NCBI GenBank assembly: GCA_963713045.1
Contig: CAVQKE010000003.1
Coordinates: 32,001-96,000 of the forward strand
DNA from: an uncultured delta proteobacterium
GTDB taxonomy: Bacteria; Myxococcota; Myxococcia; Myxococcales; Myxococcaceae
Length of the DNA stretch: 64,000 nt
Direction of reading: 5' to 3'
Shown here: positions 1 through 10,109 of the stretch, in pieces
How positions within the stretch are numbered: the stretch's first letter is position 1
How the letters are laid out: every line of letters begins with the position of its first letter
The notes under the pieces: model-generated
Told to the model about the DNA's origin: nothing
Database searches by the model: none
The model's input: the letters and a program-made list of their open reading frames with translations, nothing else
Made by a program: the position numbers and the translations under genes

Positions 1-1946
1 GAGAATTGGTGATGTCCTGACACGCACCAAACATGCGCACTATTGATCCCTCTTCATCCAGTAACACCTCCCATGTGCAGGAAATCGTCCTCAAATCACC
101 GTTAGGATGAGCAATCTGATACTCGACGGAGTGCCCAATCTTGTTCTCAAGAGAGTCTCTGATCAGTCGTTCCACTCGGTCTCTGTCCCATGGCGTGAGG
201 TCTTGCAGAAATCCCTCATAACTCGGCGTGTAATCCTGTGGCTTCCAGAAGATTCGAAACATCTCCTCGGAACCAGATACACGGTTGGTCGGAATGTCCC
301 ACTGCCAATGACCCACATGCGCGAGTCGCGCTGCATTCCTTAGATGCCATTCGCTCTCGCGTAACAGCTCCGCCGCTCTAACCTGCTCGGTAATGTCCTG
401 AGTTGCCCCCGTGATACGAACCGGTACACCTTGATCGTCTCTGATAGCTCGAACAATTGAGCGCACAAACCGCGTTTCGCCGTCCGGCCGGATGATTCGG
501 TACTCCACCTCAACAGGTGCGATACTCGAACGAACTTTGTCGTCGATCTCCAGGATCTTTCCTCGATCCTTGGGGTGGATACAGGTCAGAAAAGTCGTAA
601 GGTTACTTGGAGCGACACTCGCCAGCCCAAGAATCCGAAGCATCTCCTCGGACCAGTGGATCGTGCCACTTTCAATGTGCCGTTCCCAACTCCCGACCTT
701 GGCGAGATGCTGCGCCTCCATGAGCTGGGCCTCGCTAGCACGCAGCCGCTCTTCGATCAGCTTGCGCTCGGTTATGTCCTCCACCACGGAAACGAAATAT
801 TGCGGCAGGTCTTGCTGATCCCCGAACCACAGATACACACACCTTCGCCCAAACGGTGGCACCGTTCTTGTGCAAATAACGTTTCTCCGCCGACCACGAT
901 GAGATCTCGCCGGCCAGGAACTGACGGAGCGCTGCTATATTCTGTATGCGGTCGTCCGGATGCGTAATGTCCAGGAACGTCTTCCCGCGCAGTTCGGCAT
1001 GTGTATACCCGAGGATCTCGCAAAGTCGGTCGTTCACGAGCAGCCATTCACCCTCAACGCTGGTCTGGGCAATGCCGACGGCGGCCTGATAGAACGTGGC
1101 GCGGAATCGTCGCTCACTATCTCGAAGGGCGCGCTCCGCCTGCACCATCTCGGTGATATCCTCAACGACACCTATGAAATATTGCAGCCGATTGTCGGCA
1201 TCCCACACCGGGTTTACAAACACCCTCGTCCAAACCTCTGAACCGTCTTTGCGAATATAGCGCTTCTCTTCCGAATAAGATGGGATCTCACCTGTCAGAA
1301 GCTGCTTGACTGCAACCATACAAATTTGCTGGTCGTCAGGGTGCGTGAGTTCGAAAACGGTCTTTCCCTGGAGTTCGGCGCGTGTGTAGCCGACGATCTC
1401 ACAAAAACGATCGTTGACGAGCAACCATTTTCCGGTGGAGTCGCACTGCGTGATTCCAACGGTAGCTTGAAAGAACGTGGCGCGAAAACGATGCTCGCTT
1501 TCCTGAAGAGCGCGCTCTGCCTGAACTTTATCGGTGATGTCCTCCGTCACCGCGGTGAAGTATTTCGGTAGGTTATCCTGATCCCGAACCAGCGATCGAT
1601 TGAGCCTCCCCCAAAAGACGGTTCCATCCTTGCGGATATAGCGCTTCTCCATCGTATGCGCGGAGATCTCACCTGCCAAAAGCTTGCGACGTCCAGCGAG
1701 CGACTCGGCGATATAGTCCGGGTGCGTGATGTCCTGCAACGTCTTGGTGCGCAGTTCGGATAGGGGGTAGCCGAGCATTTGGCAGAACCGGTTGTTCACA
1801 AGCAGCCACTCGCCATCGAGCCCGATTTGGGCAATGCCGACAGCCGCTTGAGCGAAGATTGCTTGAAATCGTTCGTCGCTTTCGGTCACGGCCTCGGCGC
1901 GCTTACGCTCGGTTCCTTCTGAGCTCATATCTTCTTGGCCGGGCAA
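1..1946 (-). CDS. Multi-PAS sensor protein, probably a hybrid histidine kinase; partial (runs off the window start), frameshift near 780-850
   Basis: ORF 735..1946 has three tandem PAS-PAC repeats (RFxAxFxQAxVGIxQ...WLLVNxRxCxxxGY...THPD...EKRY). Past the frameshift the frame continues with MEAQHLAKVGSWERHIESGT and further PAS_3 units paralogous to the kinase at 23991..26900. Confidence 0.85.
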
Positions 1947-2338
1947 AAAACGCCCGATGGTCAGCTAAAGGTGATTATACGGCGTGAATCTGTTCGCTGT
2001 TGACTCTCGTGGCTTACGACTAGCAACCGTCTGGAGCGCGCCACCCCGGTCCTCAAAATGGAACCTTTCCGTGCCAAGCAGTGGCACGAGAAAGAGCATG
2101 CTCTGCTGCCGTGATGCGCTTGAACCGGAGCCATATCAACCAGACCTTTGTCTTTCGGCGTATTTGAGTGCCCACGTAATATACACCAGCGACGATCGCC
2201 TCTCGGTTAACATGAAGACCGTCCATCATAGCTCCACCGTTCATGTAGAGCTAACGCAAGCGCGAACAGGCACAGCAATCGGGGTCACCAACTGGGCGCT
2301 GAGCGCCTGCTCTCAAACAACTCACGCTGACCCTTATA

Positions 2339-2660
2339 TTGAAGGCATCGTCGCCGAAGCCCTCAGGCACACGCCTATGTTTGCGAGCCCTGTGGCGCTG
2401 TGCCGGGCGCACGCGCAGCGGCTTCACGCCAGAAGTGCGGGAGTCGCTCATCGCCGGTTCCGCGGGCTTGAGATCGTCGAGTGCCCATTCGCAAATCTGC
2501 CGGAGGCTCGGAGCGGACGTTGGGGCGAGGGACTCACGGCAGCGAAGATGAAAAACTGCCGGTGGCTGAAGCCGGTGCTTGTTGCTCGGTTGGAGTTCGT
2601 CGAGTGGACACCGGACAAGCACTTCCGGCATTCGCGGTTCATCGGATTAAGGGAGGAAAT
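2339..2660 (+). pseudogene. Relic of an ATP-dependent DNA ligase (LigD-type) C-terminal OB domain
   Basis: Two frames give EGIVA..., AGRTRSGFTP..RE and FRGLEIVECPFANLPEARSGRWGEGLTAAKMKNCRWLKPVLVARLEFVEWTPDKHFRHSRFIGLRE, which is typical LigD ligase C-terminus. The adenylation domain is absent. Confidence 0.75.
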
Positions 2661-2932
2661 GATCGCGCTTAGGTTAGGGGCGAGCGTTGATCGTCTAGTC
2701 GATTTATGTCCAGCACATTCGCACCCCAGCTTTCGCCGTGAAGCTGGCCAATCTACGACACGCCGACTATGCGCTCGTGTGAATTGCGCAGTCTCCGCTA
2801 ACCACGTTTCGCAGCCGAAAACGCGTGCCGCAACGAATTCAGCGAGAAAAGCGGACATGCGCTTCCATCGATGGTCAACCTACACCAATAGTGAGATGGT
2901 TGAGCAAGCGCACGCCCGTTCCTTTGGTGTTA

Positions 2933-3193
2933 CTAGTTCTTTCGCTCGGTTCTCCTATGTTCGCGACGGCTATGGCCTGCTCCGATGACCGCGCCCTTGG
3001 CCGCGTTCCCGCCCAGGGCTCCGATTGCGGCACCCTTTGCCGCACCGCTAGCTTTAGGGTGGTGAGTCTGTGTCGCCGCTGGTGGCGGTTGTGCGGGTGG
3101 TGTGTGCGCGGGTGGTGTTTGCGCTAGTGCTGCAGGCACTACTCCACCGGAGAGTGCCATCAGCAGGGACATAACCCTTGCTGAGTGTTTCAT
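2933..3193 (-). CDS. Small secreted Pro/Ala-rich protein with a glycine-zipper-like segment
   Basis: AGGAGG RBS; signal-peptide-like MKHSARVMSLLMALSGGVVPAALA; GAAKGAAIGALGGNAAKGAVIGAG repeat. Confidence 0.65.
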   Translation of the reverse strand: MKHSARVMSLLMALSGGVVPAALAQTPPAHTPPAQPPPAATQTHHPKASGAAKGAAIGALGGNAAKGAVIGAGHSRREHRRTERKN

Positions 3194-3639
3194 AAAGGCC
3201 TCCTTTTGGTCCCAGTTCCGATCCGTCATGCGGTTCGAGTGAGGCCATTGCCTACTGTTGGTGATCGTCTACACTGTCCTGTGGTTGCTTTTTCGGCTGT
3301 GAAGTGGGGTTGCCGGAAACTGATATGCAGACGAGTTGTCGAATTCACCTTGACGGATAACGCCCTAGTCGCGGAAGCGCCCTCGGCGCGTCTGGGGACA
3401 CGCTCGGACAAAAGCGTGTTTTGCCACGTCCAATCTAGCTCCGCCTCCGCAACGCCCTCCACGCCTGCACAAGTTCCTGAATCCGACGACTGCACTACCA
3501 GCCGCCGGGGCGGTTAATCAAACTGTCTGGCGTCACGAACGAGCAAGCGGGACTGCTGATACACTGATGCAATGTTCGAGCAATTCGAGGCCGATTTGGA
3601 CGGTGGTCAGATGAGTGACTAGAGGCGAGGGAGGGCGAA

Positions 3640-4100
3640 ATGAGTTTGGTGAAAGCGGTGGCGGCGTGCATTCTGTCTGTGGCGACAATGGCGACGGCGC
3701 AAGAGAGCGGTATCCGCGTGCGCAGCATCCGAGTGCTGGCTACCGATCCGGAGGCGATCGCGACCTTCTACAAGAAAGCTTTTGGTATGTCCGAAACACG
3801 CGGCCGGCGAGCACGGCGACGTTCAAGGAGATCGTGATCAACTCCGGCTCCACGGCTGAAATCGCCAAGACGGCCACGACTACACCCATTGTCATCGCGA
3901 CCCGTCCCAAGGATGCGCCTGCTGGCGCGATGGCGTCGCTCATCCTCCAGGTGCCGGACCTCGACAGGGCGATCGAGTCGGTAAAGATCAACGGCGGTAC
4001 GCTACTGCGGCCGCCTGCCAAGTCAGGAGAGGGCCTCAACTTCGCTTTCGTCAAGGACCCGGATGGCAATCAGATCGAGTTGGTGATGACGCCGAAGTAA
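3640..4100 (+). CDS. Secreted VOC/glyoxalase family protein (frameshift near 3805)
   Basis: ORF 3640..3837 gives a signal peptide and ATDPEAIATFYKKAFG. ORF 3615..4100 gives VPDLDRAIESVKINGGTLL...FAFVKDPDGNQIEL. Confidence 0.8.
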
Positions 4101-4162
4101 ATCCTGAGCGCGCCGGAGGCGGTCTTGGCGGACTGCCTCACGCTCCGCGCCTAAAATATAAG

Positions 4163-4646
4163 TTGATGCTCAAGTGGCCCGACGTTCTGAATTTGGCGAA
4201 GAGTGGCAACCCCGCGCCGGATCGTAAGGTTGTCAAGACCGACGCGGAATGGCGCGAACAGTTGACCGAAGAGCAATACTACGTTACTCGCCAGGCGGGT
4301 ACGGAACGTGCGTTCAGTTCGGAGATGTGCAGCCTTTTTGAGCCGGGAATCTATTCTTGCCTCTGCTGCGAGACCGTCCTGTTTGACGCGTCAGAAAAAT
4401 TCGAGTCCGGCACCGGCTGGCCATCGTTCACGCATCCAATCAAAGAGAATGTCATTGCTTACCGTTTCGACGGGCCTTCGTTTTTGAAGCGGATCGAAGC
4501 TATCTGCAACACCTGTGATGGCCACCTGGGACACGTTTTCCCTGAGGCCCGGCCCCGAGTGGCCTACGTTATTGCATGAATGCCGTGGCGCTGCAAAAAA
4601 TGCCGCCAAGGTCTGAAACGGGCTGGCCGCCAGCCGCAAGCGCGTG
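4163..4646 (+). CDS. msrB: Peptide-methionine (R)-S-oxide reductase (frameshift near 4545; end approximate)
   Basis: GTERAF, CLCC, KFESGTGWPSF and CNTCDGHLGHVFP are present. The shifted frame continues GPAPSGLRYCMNAVAL. Confidence 0.92.
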
Positions 4647-4681
4647 AGCCCCCCGCCGACCTCGGCGCACACACCCGGCCT

Positions 4682-4706
4682 GGTAATTATCCCTTGACAG
4701 TAGGTA
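4682..4706 (+). repeat. Left terminal inverted repeat (25 bp)
   Basis: Exact reverse complement of 6716-6740. Confidence 0.97.
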
Positions 4707-4722
4707 CGCATTCCGCTATTCT
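4694..4722 (+). promoter_or_regulatory. Sigma70-type promoter for the transposase, with its -35 box inside the left TIR
   Basis: TTGACA (4694-4699), 17-bp spacer, TATTCT (4717-4722), just upstream of ATGs at 4731 and 4740. Confidence 0.7.
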
Positions 4723-4730
4723 ATATACGG

Positions 4731-5666
4731 ATGGTAGGTATGGACAAGCAAACAAAGCCAAAGATGGGCCGGTTCACGTTCAAAGACTTTGAGCAGATGT
4801 TTCCCGACGACGCGAGTTGCTTGGAATGGCTTCGCGGTTACCTGTATCCCGATGGCATCTACTGCAAACTTTGCAAGACGGTCACGAAGCATCACCGTGT
4901 GGCGAGTCGTCCGTCCTATTCCTGCGATCACTGTGGTCATCACGTTCATCCAACAGCCGGAACAATCTTTCACAAGTCGCCTACTTCGCTCAAGACGTGG
5001 TTCCACGCGGTCTACCTCATGGCTTCCACTCGTTGCGGCATTTCGGCAAAGCAGATTGAACGGGAAACCGGCGTGACCTACAAAACCGCGTGGCGCATGT
5101 TCAATAAAATTAGAACCCTGCTGCAAGACGATTCTGGGCCGCTCAGCGGCGCAGTCGAAATGGATGAGAGTTATTTCGGCGGAAGGCGCAAAGGCGGCAC
5201 TGGCAGGCCGATGCGCGGCGACAAGACTAAGACTCCGATCCTCGGCATGGTTGAACGCAACGGTCGCGTGAAGGCTTTCACCATCGAAAATGTCACTGGT
5301 AACGTTTTGCTCTCTCACACCCGCGAACACATCCTCCCAGAGTCCACGGTATACACGGATGAATTGGCGAGCTATGAAGGAATCGGAGCCATCCAGCGCA
5401 AAGACGGTAGCGGGAATGCTGGCTATCGACATCACCGGATCAAGCACAGCGCGAGGGTCTATGTCATCGGCGATATCCACACGAACTCGGTTGAGGGGTT
5501 CTGGTCGCTCATCAAGCGCGGCATCGGTGGTGTATATCATCAGGTGAGCCAAAAGTTTCTACAGAATTACTTGGACGAGTATTCTTTTCGCTACAATCAT
5601 CGATTCGACATTGAGCCGATGTTTTTCACTTTTCTTCGCCAGATCGCGAAGACGGAATCCGGCTAG
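4731..5666 (+). CDS. IS1595-family (ISXO2-like) DDE transposase
   Basis: N-terminal zinc ribbon (CKLC...CDHC), TAGTIFHKS, GISAKQIERETGVTYKTAW HTH, VEMDESYFGG, VYTDE, HTNSVEGFWSLIKR, YLDEYSFRYN. Confidence 0.95.
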   Translation: MVGMDKQTKPKMGRFTFKDFEQMFPDDASCLEWLRGYLYPDGIYCKLCKTVTKHHRVASRPSYSCDHCGHHVHPTAGTIFHKSPTSLKTWFHAVYLMASTRCGISAKQIERETGVTYKTAWRMFNKIRTLLQDDSGPLSGAVEMDESYFGGRRKGGTGRPMRGDKTKTPILGMVERNGRVKAFTIENVTGNVLLSHTREHILPESTVYTDELASYEGIGAIQRKDGSGNAGYRHHRIKHSARVYVIGDIHTNSVEGFWSLIKRGIGGVYHQVSQKFLQNYLDEYSFRYNHRFDIEPMFFTFLRQIAKTESG

Positions 5667-6708
5667 ACGCTTTCTTAAGGGCGTTCTCGAAATCCTTCTT
5701 GGTGAAATCTTGTTGTGCCTGCTCTCGCATGGATAACGGAGTAGTTGGGGCATTCAAAGGTTTCTGCGGTATCGTCTCTCGTTGTTTTTTCATACCTTCA
5801 TCTTTGCGCATGAACTCAACAATGTCATCAATCGGGATCACTACGGCTATACCAGAATTAAGAGAAACTGTACCGGCGAGTTTGTTTCTAGCTTTAGTAC
5901 GCACGTCTGAATCAATCGTCCAGTGAGCGGATATCATGCCTATCAGCGACGTACGCGCTCGCGCGTCGTGTATGAACTGTCTTGGTATCAACTCCGGCGG
6001 TGAGGCACCCTCCTGGAGATGCTCTATGATTCCGACGATGTCCCCCGTAGTAACCGCCGTCTCCGTTTCTACCCACCCGAATGCTGGAGCACCGCTCTCT
6101 CCGCCGTAGGAGATGGATTCTATTAAGATTGCGTTCACTGGTACAGGCTTAGGCCCATTGCCTAGATGAACCAGAGCTTCCGTCATCGGCAGGGCGATCC
6201 TCCCAAAACGTACGATCGGCTCTAGGCTTTCGTTCTTACCGTAAGGAGATTTTGCAAAGAGACCGACGATAAATACTTCTTCGCCGCTGAACGTGTTGCG
6301 GCGGGGGATCGCGCGATCTCTTTCTCTAAACTCATATGCTCCAATGTGTAAATCAGTGCCGTGGACTAACGGCTCCCCGGATTTCATGAGACGGCACGCC
6401 ACATCGGTTTTGTCACTGCGAAGCCATTCCGACGGGTCAGTTTCAATCTTCCTGGGAGTCCCGTTCGCCTTCGCCTGAAACTCAATGAGGATAGGCGCTT
6501 CCAAACCTTCGATACAGTGGCGGGCAGTGATGGCGTAGGTTAGAGTGCACTTAGGACCCCATTGATACTCGCCAAAAAATACGGTGCCAATCGGCCTATC
6601 AGATTCTGACGGCGATGAAATATACCCCACTCCTCGACGCCGCTGATCGCTGACTAGCAGTCTCACGTAGTTGGTTTCCGGGAGTCCAGACTGACCGTAT
6701 GCTATCAT
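5626..6708 (-). CDS. IS passenger: trypsin-like (PA clan) serine protease domain protein; real start possibly the GTG near 6666
   Basis: Triad-like motifs in the correct order: GTVFF, ITARHC (His), TDVAC (Asp), GGESGAPAF (Ser), LIGM. Lies wholly between the TIRs, convergent to the transposase. Confidence 0.75.
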   Translation of the reverse strand: MIAYGQSGLPETNYVRLLVSDQRRRGVGYISSPSESDRPIGTVFFGEYQWGPKCTLTYAITARHCIEGLEAPILIEFQAKANGTPRKIETDPSEWLRSDKTDVACRLMKSGEPLVHGTDLHIGAYEFRERDRAIPRRNTFSGEEVFIVGLFAKSPYGKNESLEPIVRFGRIALPMTEALVHLGNGPKPVPVNAILIESISYGGESGAPAFGWVETETAVTTGDIVGIIEHLQEGASPPELIPRQFIHDARARTSLIGMISAHWTIDSDVRTKARNKLAGTVSLNSGIAVVIPIDDIVEFMRKDEGMKKQRETIPQKPLNAPTTPLSMREQAQQDFTKKDFENALKKASSRIPSSRSGEEK

Positions 6709-6728
6709 CGGTTATTACCTACTGTCAA
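6699..6728 (-). promoter_or_regulatory. Inward promoter for the passenger gene, with its -35 box inside the right TIR
   Basis: Minus strand reads TTGACA, 18-bp spacer ending in TGA, then TAGCAT (TGn extended -10). Confidence 0.55.
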
Positions 6729-6740
6729 GGGATAATTACC
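6716..6740 (-). repeat. Right terminal inverted repeat (25 bp)
   Basis: Exact reverse complement of 4682-4706, followed by the TSD CCCGGCCT. Confidence 0.97.
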
Positions 6741-6747
6741 CCCGGCC

Positions 6748-6776
6748 TTGGGATTCGCCTTTCATTCTCCTATACT
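6748..6776 (+). promoter_or_regulatory. Promoter with an overlapping direct-repeat operator (LexA-box-like)
   Basis: TTGGGA, 17-bp spacer, TATACT. ATTC-N7-ATTC lies at 6753-6767 and resembles the GTTC-N7-GTTC Acidobacterium LexA box. Confidence 0.45.
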
Positions 6777-6789
6777 AGATTCGCGCGAT

Positions 6790-7080
6790 CCCATTCCTGC
6801 CTCGTCTCTTTCACCGATTCGGAAGGCATTGAGCACTCCGTTCCGATTCCGCCGAGAGTCTCATACGAAGCCGCAGTGGAAGCCATCGCCGCATTCCGCC
6901 GCAGCGTTCTCGTGGAGATGCCCCTCGGGCCCGCCACGCGATTGACGATCCGCGTGAAGGCGCCGGAGGAAGAACACACGGTCACGATCGCGAAGCTGCT
7001 CTCCTGGCTAGATGGCGTTCGCAACGAGCCCAACGAGAAGCTGAAAGAAGAGTCGATTGAAGGAGCGGTTGAGGATGTGA
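6790..7080 (+). CDS. Small conserved-looking hypothetical protein (start codon not resolved, indels)
   Basis: Protein-like SCLVSFTDSEGIEHSV...YEAAVEAIAAFRR...PATRLTIRVKAPEEEHTVTIAKLLSWL...PNEKLK downstream of a good -10 box. Confidence 0.55.
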
Positions 7081-7236
7081 CGGGTTCTTGGTTCACGAGG
7101 TGGGGCGGAGCACGAACCAGATCCATGGATGAACCCGGCCCCCTGGTAGAGAGGAACCGGGTTCGATGGAGGTGCTTGATTAAACACCGTTCGTGCTCGT
7201 CAGATGCTTTATCAGGATGGTCGGCGTTAGATTTTA

Positions 7237-7459
7237 TTACGATTGCGACCGTCGTTGGGCCACGATGTCCCGTGCGGTTTCTTTACCCCACGCCAGTCTA
7301 AAGACCATCTCATCGTTGCATAGGATTGGACCAATATGAAGAAGACGTCCTCCAGCTAATGCGATATCGGGTTCACCCACTCCCGATCTTAGTTCTGACC
7401 ACATCCAGAGCTTCCGCGTAGAGTCGTTCGTACTCCTCAAGCGTCATACTTTCATCCAT
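7237..7459 (-). CDS. Small hypothetical protein (one frameshift)
   Basis: MDESMTLEEYERLYAEALDVVRTKI joins ORF 7237..7440 GVGEPDIALAGGRLLHIGPILCNDEMVFRLAWGKETARDIVAQRR. Confidence 0.35.
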
Positions 7460-7500
7460 CGCCTAACAGCGTCGATGCTCGAAAGCTGTTAAAGGACTAT

Positions 7501-7683
7501 CTAAGGGGAAACTTGATTTAGGAAGGTTGCCGATGTAGCCTGTTCGCGATGGAGTGGATTTCGTCCGGCTTGTAGTTCCTTCGCGCAGGACAGGGACACT
7601 GGAACGTCATCGATGTGAAGGCGTGTGTCAGTCCCGCAATAGAAGCACTTCTTGAGCGGTACCCCGCGTTTGTCGTGCGTCAT
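7501..7683 (-). CDS. Small Cys-containing hypothetical protein (degenerate zinc-ribbon-like)
   Basis: KKCFYCGTDTRLHIDDVPVSLSCAKEL pattern. Confidence 0.3.
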   Translation of the reverse strand: MTHDKRGVPLKKCFYCGTDTRLHIDDVPVSLSCAKELQAGRNPLHREQATSATFLNQVSP

Positions 7684-8210
7684 TCGTTTGTAGTTCATAG
7701 TGGCTTCCGTAGTTGTGGAACGCGGTTGTGATGCCTACGAGGCGGGCGGGATGTATTGTTTTCTGGAGATGTTCTACAACCTGCTGCTGGATTCCCGCGT
7801 AGCTCAGCACGACTTCCGGTTCCGAAATCTGTTCTTCAAAAACTTTTTGGACGCGGAGCACGCCGGCTAGTGACTGCTGCGTCGGCGTTCGAAGGCAACG
7901 GCCTCGCGCTCGCAGTATTCCCGTTGATGTGTCGGGCGAAACCGCTTGCGTGGGCTCGTGTAGTTCCGGTGCGCCGGAGCCGCGTAGAGTTTCGGGGGAG
8001 GTTGACTGCGTCCCTCGTTTTTGAGCCTCCGCGCGGCTCCTGGTGTCATGGATGTTGTGAGCGTACGCGCGGTTGCGACGGCATATTGCCTTTGCTCTCC
8101 GGAAGAACACGGTTGCTCAGGCCGGCCTTGGGAAGCCGCTATTTTCGCAGCCTATAGAACCAGAGTCTTGAGCGCTCAGCGAAAAAGATGCGCGCAGATT
8201 GAATGTCTGA

Positions 8211-9311
<1,101 letters not shown>

Positions 9312-10109
9312 CCGCAGCTTCTCGTAGTCGAGGTTATGGCTCGACGGCGAATTTGATCGATCGCCAATCATCGACTGTCCCTCGCCGCCCTCCAGCGCAG
9401 TCGCTGTCACCAGACACACTAGCGCACAAGACTGAGTCATTCTGTCTCATTAATTCTCCACCGGCAGCCTCGTCCAATCCAGAACTTGCCGACCTCCCGC
9501 ACAGCTTACGAAGCTTCGTTGGTCGAGTCAGCTATTATCTGGATGCCGCGGCCTGGGCCGCACTGGGAGATCGGGTGCGTGCAGCTATGCTCCTCCGTGA
9601 ACGGCCTGCCTTTTCCCTTGCATGGTCGCGCTCCTTGTTCGTTGCGTGTTGCCGGCACATGGGCGCCGCTACCGACACGAAGGTTGGTCGCGATCGAGAA
9701 ATTGAGCATTCTTTCGTTTGCCAATAAAAGCTGCGGTGGCCAGATCGAGTACTCGGTTCCTTTTCGCGGCGGACTTCGGTGTCTCCCGAGTGCAACTCTC
9801 CTTGACCGGTTTCACCCAACCCCCGAAGCGGGTAGCGATAGACAGCAAGCCTAGGCCGTCCGCGGCCCTAGTCGCATCAGAAATCCTTCGCTGAGAGAGC
9901 GATCTCCGGTAACCCCCCGCTGATACACCTTCTTCTGGCCCTTACGTCTAATTCAACGATCACAGTCAGAAGTATCAGGTTACCTCGACACCTCCGCGCG
10001 GCGATCCGTGCGAGCCCTCGCGCACCCGAACCGCGCGAGTCTTAGCGGTAGTCTTCATCGGGCGCGGGAGCACGCGCAATTAGCAGTTACAATCCGGCAA
10101 AAAACCAAT

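Larger units (their letters stand above)
4682..6740. mobile_element. IS1595-family insertion sequence (ISNwi1-like ends) with a passenger gene, 2059 bp
   Basis: Perfect 25-bp terminal inverted repeats GGTAATTATCCCTTGACAGTAGGTA at 4682-4706 and 6716-6740. 8-bp direct target duplication CCCGGCCT at 4674-4681 and 6741-6748. IS1595 transposase inside. Confidence 0.96.

Noticed and set aside
1984..2988. 334-aa protein as a real gene
   Set aside because: Only the central part is ligase-like; the rest is non-protein-like read-through that overlaps another gene.
4716..5552. 278-aa ORF antisense to the transposase
   Set aside because: Shadow ORF on the opposite strand of a clear IS1595 transposase, with no recognisable motifs.
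9353..10007. Structured RNA or gene between mreB and the M16 peptidase
   Set aside because: Only short hairpins and a brief helical fragment (YYLDAAAWAALGD); nothing I can assign.
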